In this document: positions 1 to 5,610 of the stretch, in pieces | How the letters are laid out: every line of letters starts with the position of its first letter | Numbering within the stretch: the first letter of the stretch is position 1 | NCBI GenBank assembly: GCA_051382295.1 | Contig: JBBCAW010000076.1 | Location: forward strand, 1-10,381 | Length of the DNA stretch: 10,381 bases | DNA from: Bdellovibrionota bacterium FG-1 | Lineage (GTDB): Bacteria; Bdellovibrionota; UBA1018 | Direction of reading: 5' to 3' | Translations under genes and position numbers: made by a program | Notes under the pieces: generated by a model | Seen by the model: the letters and a program-made list of their open reading frames with translations, nothing else | Told to the model about the DNA's origin: nothing | Databases searched by the model: none

Positions 1-40
1 TCGTGCGGTATACGCAGTGGGCTTGTCTCCGTAGTCTCAT
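1..40 (-). CDS. tnpA: Probable 5' end of an IS200/IS605-family Y1 (HUH) transposase TnpA, running off the left edge of the window
   Basis: Minus strand from ATG at 40 reads MRLRRQAHCVYRT, open to the window edge. This resembles the usual TnpA N-terminus (M...H[CS]VY..YH.V..TKYR). It lies just downstream of an IS200/IS605-like hairpin. Only 13 codons are visible and the HUH/Tyr motifs are outside the window. Confidence 0.55.
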   Translation of the reverse strand, partial: MRLRRQAHCVYRT

Positions 41-122
41 GAACCGAGCTTCTACCACGAAAAGAAGACCTGGGAGCCTTATACACCCCCGGACTTACGT
101 CCGGGGATCTTCTAAGGTACTA
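1..122 (-). mobile_element. Putative left end of an IS200/IS605-family insertion sequence
   Basis: Minus strand reads CTAA|TAGTACCTTAGA-AGAT-CCCCGGAC-GTAA-GTCCGGGG. There is a perfect 8-bp hairpin (87-106) with no U-tract, a 4-nt guide-like AGAT (110-107), a matching cleavage tetranucleotide CTAA (126-123), and a TnpA-like ORF start at 40. Confidence 0.55.
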
Positions 123-2177
123 TTAGATATTTATGTGCAGTTTTTTCAAGAACGCCTGGTTGCTAGGCGCGCGCCCCAGAAATTCATTCAATAAATCCAT
201 CGCTTCCAACATGTCCCCTTTTTCAAGAATAGTGTGCCGATACCGCATCCCCATTCCTGAATCGAAAAGTCCCGCCGATTCAAAACGCGTGAACATGTCT
301 TCGGCATAAACCTTCGACCAAAGATAGCCGTAGTAGCCCGAATCATAGCCCCCCATCAAATGGCCAAACCCCGCCTGAAAATGCCCCCCCTCAATCGGCT
401 CCACCCCGATGATTTCACGGTAGAGCCGATTTTGAATCGCCGTCGTGTCCACTGGACCGGAGGCCGTATGATAAGCCATGTCCAGCAATCCAAGCATGAG
501 TTGACGAGTATAAAAGTAACCTTGATTGAAGTCCCGCGCGGCGATCATCCGACTCAAGAGTTCCTTGGGCAGCTTGCGCGAATGATCTTGATAATGCCCG
601 GATAACGACGAGAGCACCTCAGGAGACCACACCCAATTTTCGAGCATTTGCGAAGGCGCTTCCACGAAATCCTGCGCGACATTTGAGCCCGAAAGCGTGC
701 CAAAAGGTGCGCGCGTCAGAGTTTGGTGCATAATATGGCCAAACTCGTGAAACAACGTCTCCACTTCGCTATGATTCAAAAGCGAGGGTTTTCCGTTGGC
801 GGGAGGATTCATGTTGGCCACGATTGCCGAAATCGGGTGGCTATACGCACCATCAGCCAATTTACGTCCAGAAATGAGCGAAAAAGCGGCGGCATGACCA
901 TATTTTCCTTGGCGCGGAATAAAATCCGCAAAAAAGAAACCAATCAAAGCTCGATCACTCGTGTTTTCAACGCGATAGAGCTTTACCCCTTCAGCCCAAA
1001 CCGCCGCCTCGCGAACTTCGACAAACTGAACCCCCAATAACCGCGAGTAGGCATTAAACATTCCTTGAATCACGACGTCCGCCGGAAAAAACTCGCGGAT
1101 TTTATCGTCATCTAAATCAAAGTCGCGTTTTTTGAGCTGATACGACAAATAACTGATATCCCAAAGTTTGAGCTCGCCCGGGTCCGAAGTGATCGTCTTT
1201 TTAAAAGCAAGAAGCCGAGAAAGATCCTTGCGGTTACTCACGGCCAACTTGCCTTTAAGGCCGTTGAGAAAGCCCAAAACCACACGACTCCCTTTGGCCA
1301 TGTGATTTTGCGTGCGATAATCCGCCCAAGTTTTAAAGCCCATCGCAGCGGCGATCTTCTGTCGAAGAAGAATCGCCTTTTCTAGCACGGCTACATTTTT
1401 CCCAGCTGCGCGATTAAAATAGACCAAAAGCATTTTGCGCCGCGTTTCGCCGCTTTTGGCGTTTTCCATGACCTGCGTATAATCCGTGGATTTGGTCGTA
1501 ATCAAATACTTGCCTGATTCTGCTTTTTTAAGACGTGCTAAAAAATCATGAGAAACGCCGTCTAGCTCGCTTGCCGAAAACTCAACCGTGGTCGCATCGG
1601 CATTGATGTTTGCCGCAAAGTCCGCTTCAAGCGCCGCAAGCTGGGTTTTCAATTCGCGCACACGAGTCAACTGATCATCCGGAAGCTTAAGGCCATTCAT
1701 TTCGAATGCACGTAAAGTCTGCGAAAGAAGACGACGCTGTTCAACACCGAGAGTTTTGAGCTTCTGTAAGCCGTGGATGGCGTTGTAAAGGTCTCGGCGA
1801 CTAAAAACCTCGACCCCAAATTGATTCACTTTGCCTTCACATGCCGATCCCTCCGCACTTAACTGGGGATGAGTCGAAACATACCCCATAAAAGTCAACG
1901 GCGCGGTCTGGTCCGAAAAATCAGAAAGAGTCCGGTCCAGCGCTAAAAGCGTATTTTCTGGGCGCCGGTCCTGCGCCGCAACCCCTCCGATTTGATCCAG
2001 ACTCCGACGCGCATCGTTAATTGATTTTTGACAATGCTGCGTCACTTGACCTTCAGCATAATCCGAACGAATGAGCGCCTTTTCCGCTGGAACGGATAGG
2101 GTTCCAGGCGTCGCACACGCCGTCAGTAAACCGAGAAAAGTGACAGAACTTGACAAAAACATTAGCGAAATCTTCAT
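123..2177 (-). CDS. M3A-family zinc metallopeptidase (thimet oligopeptidase/neurolysin-like), predicted lipoprotein
   Basis: 684 aa. Zinc motif HEFGH (735-749), downstream DFVEAPSQMLENW, PRQGKYGHAAAF and FGHLMGGYDSGYYGYLWSKVYAEDMF are typical of thimet-oligopeptidase-type M3A enzymes. N-terminal hydrophobic stretch ends in lipobox LTA-C21. GAGG RBS (2189-2186) is 8 nt before the ATG. Confidence 0.93.
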   Translation of the reverse strand: MKISLMFLSSSVTFLGLLTACATPGTLSVPAEKALIRSDYAEGQVTQHCQKSINDARRSLDQIGGVAAQDRRPENTLLALDRTLSDFSDQTAPLTFMGYVSTHPQLSAEGSACEGKVNQFGVEVFSRRDLYNAIHGLQKLKTLGVEQRRLLSQTLRAFEMNGLKLPDDQLTRVRELKTQLAALEADFAANINADATTVEFSASELDGVSHDFLARLKKAESGKYLITTKSTDYTQVMENAKSGETRRKMLLVYFNRAAGKNVAVLEKAILLRQKIAAAMGFKTWADYRTQNHMAKGSRVVLGFLNGLKGKLAVSNRKDLSRLLAFKKTITSDPGELKLWDISYLSYQLKKRDFDLDDDKIREFFPADVVIQGMFNAYSRLLGVQFVEVREAAVWAEGVKLYRVENTSDRALIGFFFADFIPRQGKYGHAAAFSLISGRKLADGAYSHPISAIVANMNPPANGKPSLLNHSEVETLFHEFGHIMHQTLTRAPFGTLSGSNVAQDFVEAPSQMLENWVWSPEVLSSLSGHYQDHSRKLPKELLSRMIAARDFNQGYFYTRQLMLGLLDMAYHTASGPVDTTAIQNRLYREIIGVEPIEGGHFQAGFGHLMGGYDSGYYGYLWSKVYAEDMFTRFESAGLFDSGMGMRYRHTILEKGDMLEAMDLLNEFLGRAPSNQAFLKKLHINI

Positions 2178-2267
2178 TTTCTACGCCTCATGAATCTATT
2201 TATTTTCATTCCCCCCTTTTTAATTTTCAAAAGATGTCGTTCAATCGACCGACTGGGGGAGAAAATT

Positions 2268-4394
2268 ATGAAACTGTTTCAAATCATTGCCATTGGACTT
2301 AGTTTTACACTGAATTTCACCACGAGCGCAACCGCTGGCGAAGTCCTTTTACTCAAGTCGGTCGGATCGATCCGAATTTCAGATCATTCTCAAGAGTTGC
2401 TCAAAAAAGCAGCCATCGGCTTCGATCAGTCCTCCCAACACTTTGTGGTGCAATTTGGATCGGTTATTTCTGAGGCCGATCAGGCAGCACTCATCTCCCA
2501 GGGTCTTGAAATCGAACACTATCTCCCAGAAGACGCCCTTTTGGTCCGTGGAACGGGACAGGCGGCCGCTCTCGCCAAACTCACTTCCGCGAACCTTACC
2601 GCAGTCGTGCCTTTCGCGCCTGAATGGAAAATTAGCCCTGAGTTTTTATTGAACTCTCCTAGCCCACGCCCGGAGCAAATCCTGGTTTCGACCCTTGCTG
2701 ATACCTCGACTCTCAATATCGCTCATGAGATGGAACAGATTTCAGGGGTTCGAGTCATTTGGAGAAATGAACGAGATCTATTGATTTCGGCTTCAACCAC
2801 AAATTTAACACCGATCGCGCGCATCGAAGGGGTCGAATGGATTCAGCCGGCTCCTATTTTAGTGAGCTTTATCTACCCCATGACGGGCGAAAACACCCCA
2901 GCCCATGGAAACTACGCGCTGGACATTACGGGTTATGAATCAGGAACCAAGCTCATGGGCTTTGAGGCCGCGTGGGCTCGCGGATATCATGGCGAGGGCC
3001 AAATCGCCGCAGTGGCCGACACTGGCCTCGATAGTGGAAATCTAGCGACCATTCACCCCGACTTTAAGGACACGCTCCTCAATGGCTATCTCGAGGGTCT
3101 CGGTACAACCAGCTGGGAAGATTCGATGGGCCACGGCACTCATGTATCCGGATCAGTGGTCGGGACTGGCGTGGCATCCAATCAAGCCTTTCGCGGTGGA
3201 GCCCATGCCGGTAAACTTCTTTTTGAAGGCCTTTGGAGCCCGATTTTAGACAATCTCGCGATTGGGTCGGATTTTAACAAGCTCTTAGGTGACGTTTACA
3301 AAGACGGAGCCCGCGTCCACTCCAACTCATGGGGATCCAGTCGAGGCTTTGGTGAGTACGATACCATGGCCGCGCGCATGGACGAGTACATGTGGAATCA
3401 CCCTGACTTTCTCGTACTTTTTGCGGCTGGCAATAGCGGAGAAGACAAGAACAAAGACGGACGCATCGACGAAAACTCGGTAAGTTCGCCAGGAACCGCT
3501 AAAAATGTGCTGACCGTCGGAGCCTCTGAAAACTACCTCATGGAAGGGGGCATTCAAAAAACCCTCAAAGAACTTCGCGATGGCCAAAAAAAATGGGGTG
3601 TTGAACCTCTGGCGAGCGATCGTCTTTCGGACAACCCCAACGGCATGGCGGCGTTCAGCTCACGCGGGCCAACCAACGACGGACGAATCAAACCCGAAAT
3701 TGTTGCCCCCGGCACCAATATTGTGAGCACTCGCTCACATCACCCCAAGGCTTCGGTGCTTTGGGGTGCATATAACGATGACTACGCCTATGCGGGCGGC
3801 ACTTCGATGGCAACTCCGCTTACAGCAGGATCCGCGACGGTGCTTCGCCAATACTTGGTCCAAGCTCGTGGATTTTCAAATCCATCAGCAGCGCTGGTCA
3901 AAGCCACGCTCATGCACACCGCCACGGACCTCTATCCTGGACAATATGGCACGGGTCCGACCCAAGAGCTTCCCACTCGGCGGCCAAATGTTCATGAAGG
4001 CTATGGACGCGTGAATATGGATGCGGCCACGGCCATTCCGACAGACACCCTGCTGATCGACAACTCGCCGGGCGTAGGTGCCGGCCAAGCTCAGTCCGTA
4101 CAAATTCAAGTGCCCGCCGGCGGTTCGCTGCGAGCGACCCTATCTTATACGGATGCTCCGGCGGCGGCCTCGGCCTCGCGCTCTTTGGTGAACGACTTAG
4201 ATCTGATCATCCAAGGGCCGAATCATCAGATTTTCCAGAAACAAGATCGGATCAACAATACGGAGATGCTGGAACTGAGCGGCCTCAGCGCCGGACTTTA
4301 CACAGTATCGGTGTCCGGAATCAATGTTCCGCAAGGGAAGAACAGCAAGCAACCTTACGCATTGGTGGTTGGCGCGGGTCTTTCGGGCCTTTGA
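2268..4394 (+). CDS. Secreted S8 subtilisin-family serine protease, Kp43-like, with propeptide and C-terminal beta-rich domain
   Basis: Catalytic triad motifs VADTGLD, GHGTHVSGS, GGTSMATP and oxyanion AAGN. Kp43-type signatures HSNSWG, SSRGPTNDGRIKPEIVAPG, PSAALVKATL, LVNDLDL. Start moved from 2190 to ATG 2268 because GGGGGAG (2255-2261) precedes it and it opens a signal-peptide-like MKLFQIIAIGLSFTLNFTTSATA. Confidence 0.93.
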   Translation: MKLFQIIAIGLSFTLNFTTSATAGEVLLLKSVGSIRISDHSQELLKKAAIGFDQSSQHFVVQFGSVISEADQAALISQGLEIEHYLPEDALLVRGTGQAAALAKLTSANLTAVVPFAPEWKISPEFLLNSPSPRPEQILVSTLADTSTLNIAHEMEQISGVRVIWRNERDLLISASTTNLTPIARIEGVEWIQPAPILVSFIYPMTGENTPAHGNYALDITGYESGTKLMGFEAAWARGYHGEGQIAAVADTGLDSGNLATIHPDFKDTLLNGYLEGLGTTSWEDSMGHGTHVSGSVVGTGVASNQAFRGGAHAGKLLFEGLWSPILDNLAIGSDFNKLLGDVYKDGARVHSNSWGSSRGFGEYDTMAARMDEYMWNHPDFLVLFAAGNSGEDKNKDGRIDENSVSSPGTAKNVLTVGASENYLMEGGIQKTLKELRDGQKKWGVEPLASDRLSDNPNGMAAFSSRGPTNDGRIKPEIVAPGTNIVSTRSHHPKASVLWGAYNDDYAYAGGTSMATPLTAGSATVLRQYLVQARGFSNPSAALVKATLMHTATDLYPGQYGTGPTQELPTRRPNVHEGYGRVNMDAATAIPTDTLLIDNSPGVGAGQAQSVQIQVPAGGSLRATLSYTDAPAAASASRSLVNDLDLIIQGPNHQIFQKQDRINNTEMLELSGLSAGLYTVSVSGINVPQGKNSKQPYALVVGAGLSGL

Positions 4395-4633
4395 TGACGG
4401 AAAAGATCCGATACAAGACGCATTATTTTGTCTGCAATGGCAAAAACTGCGCAGAAAAAGGCAAGCCTGAGGAAGTCAAAAAATTCCTCAAAAACGAAAT
4501 CTACCAACTCGGTCTCAAGGACGAGATGAGGGCTTGTACCTGTAGCTGTTTGAACTATTGCGAGCAAGGGCCTAATATCGTGGTCTATCCAGAGGGTAAG
4601 CTTTATACGGGCGGGGAAGTTCCAAAGGTATGA
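4394..4633 (+). CDS. Thioredoxin-like [2Fe-2S] ferredoxin (short form)
   Basis: FVCNGKNC...CLNYCEQGPNIVVYPEG is the characteristic Cys pattern of thioredoxin-fold 2Fe-2S ferredoxins. ATG 4394 overlaps the subtilase TGA (TGATG, 4392-4396). Confidence 0.85.
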   Translation: MTEKIRYKTHYFVCNGKNCAEKGKPEEVKKFLKNEIYQLGLKDEMRACTCSCLNYCEQGPNIVVYPEGKLYTGGEVPKV

Positions 4634-4647
4634 CGCAGACCTTAACC

Positions 4648-4668
4648 AAAAGGTGCGGAGCACCTTTT
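4648..4668. terminator. Probable bidirectional intrinsic terminator
   Basis: AAAAGGTGC-GGA-GCACCTTTT is a perfect inverted repeat with A/T tails on both sides, between the convergent ferredoxin and lipoprotein genes. The GC stem is short. Confidence 0.65.
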
Positions 4669-5401
4669 AGGGAGCCAAAGCAAACTCAATCACAATGGTC
4701 GTGGCGTAAGTCCCAGCCCCGGCATTGGTGAAGTCCACCTTTACGTCATACTTTGGCGCCACCGCGAAATCCGCGAGCTTAAAAACATGCTTATTGGCCG
4801 CAATCGTCGCCGTTTGCAAAACCACGGCTGCGGCGGCATTCAAACCAACCGAAGCACCGGCCCCGCCCACAAGCCCCGCCGAAATCGGAGCGCCAAACTG
4901 ATCCACGCCATTCCACATTCCGGCCCCAGCCTGTCCCGTGGTATACATTCGAATCATTGCGGTCCCGCAATGGGTCGTACCGTTAGCACCGCAGAGATTG
5001 AGATTGTTGTCCTTTAGATCACCCAGAGCAAGAACACCAAAATCCAATATCGCCATCGAAATATTCGGAATGACCCATTGAGAGGCATCAATCGTCATCG
5101 ATGTGCTCGGTGAGTTCACCACCGATACATTTTGAGCTCCCGTGGCTGCCGTCAGGGCCGAAAACGAACCCTTCCCTGAACGTGCATCAAAACTTGCACG
5201 AGCCTTAACCACAACGCCATCGCCAGGATTGACCGCATCGATGGTCGGCAAACTGGGCACATTGGGATTCACATTGGGACTCGAATTCAAATTGACGTTC
5301 GGGTCAATCAGGTTTGGACCACACCCCCAGCCGAGGATGGCGATACTCCAGACTCCGAAAATCCAAGCACCAGGAACTAAAATTTGTTTGATACTACCCA
5401 T
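4667..5401 (-). CDS. Hypothetical lipoprotein, Gly/Ala/Asn-rich, predicted beta-rich
   Basis: 244 aa ORF filling the gap. Hydrophobic N-terminus ends LGWG-C27, followed by a Pro/Asn linker (DPNVNLNSSPNVNPNVP), one Cys pair (LCGANGTTHC) and C-terminal GAGTYATTIVIEF. GGGAG RBS at 5417-5413. No family recognised. Confidence 0.8.
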   Translation of the reverse strand: MGSIKQILVPGAWIFGVWSIAILGWGCGPNLIDPNVNLNSSPNVNPNVPSLPTIDAVNPGDGVVVKARASFDARSGKGSFSALTAATGAQNVSVVNSPSTSMTIDASQWVIPNISMAILDFGVLALGDLKDNNLNLCGANGTTHCGTAMIRMYTTGQAGAGMWNGVDQFGAPISAGLVGGAGASVGLNAAAAVVLQTATIAANKHVFKLADFAVAPKYDVKVDFTNAGAGTYATTIVIEFALAP

Positions 5402-5430
5402 ATAGATGCAATCTCCCGCGTCAATGCAGA

Positions 5431-5446
5431 AGCAGGAAACGAGCCA
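5431..5446 (-). promoter_or_regulatory. Putative sigma54 (RpoN) -24/-12 promoter for the lipoprotein gene
   Basis: Minus strand TGGCTCGTTTCCTGCT versus consensus TGGCACG-N4-TTGCW, with exact GG-N10-GC spacing. The implied start near 5420 falls just upstream of the RBS. Confidence 0.65.
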
Positions 5447-5462
5447 TCACCGAGGCCTTTAA

Positions 5463-5475
5463 AATCAATTACTTA
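5463..5475 (+). promoter_or_regulatory. Putative IHF binding site
   Basis: AATCAATTACTTA is an exact match to WATCAANNNNTTR, located between the sigma54 box and the upstream palindromes, where IHF sites usually lie in sigma54 promoters. Confidence 0.6.
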
Positions 5476-5484
5476 GCATGAGGC

Positions 5485-5518
5485 GGTCACCAAATGACCC
5501 ATGTCATTGTGGCACAAT
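5485..5518. promoter_or_regulatory. Cluster of palindromes, candidate enhancer-binding-protein upstream activator sites
   Basis: GGTCA-CCAAA-TGACC (5485-5499), ATGAC-CCAT-GTCAT (5494-5507) and ATTGTG-G-CACAAT (5506-5518) are perfect overlapping inverted repeats about 65-100 bp upstream of the inferred sigma54 start. Confidence 0.45.
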
Positions 5519-5574
5519 CTGCCTCTCACAGGGATTAACTTACCTAGTACACCCAAGAAATGAAGCCATCCCCA

Positions 5575-5602
5575 CTTGCTAAAGGCCCAACCGCCCCCAT
5601 TC
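5575..5602 (+). promoter_or_regulatory. Putative sigma32 (RpoH)-type heat-shock promoter for lon
   Basis: CTTGCT-N14-CCCCATTC versus consensus CTTGAA-N13/14-CCCCATNT. lon is a classic RpoH-regulon gene. Confidence 0.5.
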
Positions 5603-5610
5603 TTGCTCGT

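Noticed and set aside
87..106. Hairpin as the intrinsic terminator of the M3 peptidase gene
   Set aside because: No U-tract follows on the minus strand (GTGTATAAGG). The guide/target match and TnpA-like start favour an IS end, although a pausing role is not excluded.
3..194. 63-aa plus-strand ORF
   Set aside because: Crosses the hairpin and overlaps the peptidase 3' end antisense; no recognisable motif.
2229..2255. Sigma28/FliA-like promoter AAAAGATG-N11-ACCGACTG before the subtilase
   Set aside because: Spacing fits but both boxes are weak, and the implied start would fall within or after the RBS.
2190..2267. Longer subtilase start at 2190
   Set aside because: Only 12 bp from the divergent gene start and lacks an RBS; ATG 2268 has an RBS and begins a clean signal peptide.
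5510..5524. Plus-strand TGGCAC as a sigma54 promoter for lon
   Set aside because: GG-to-GC spacing is 8 nt rather than the required 10.
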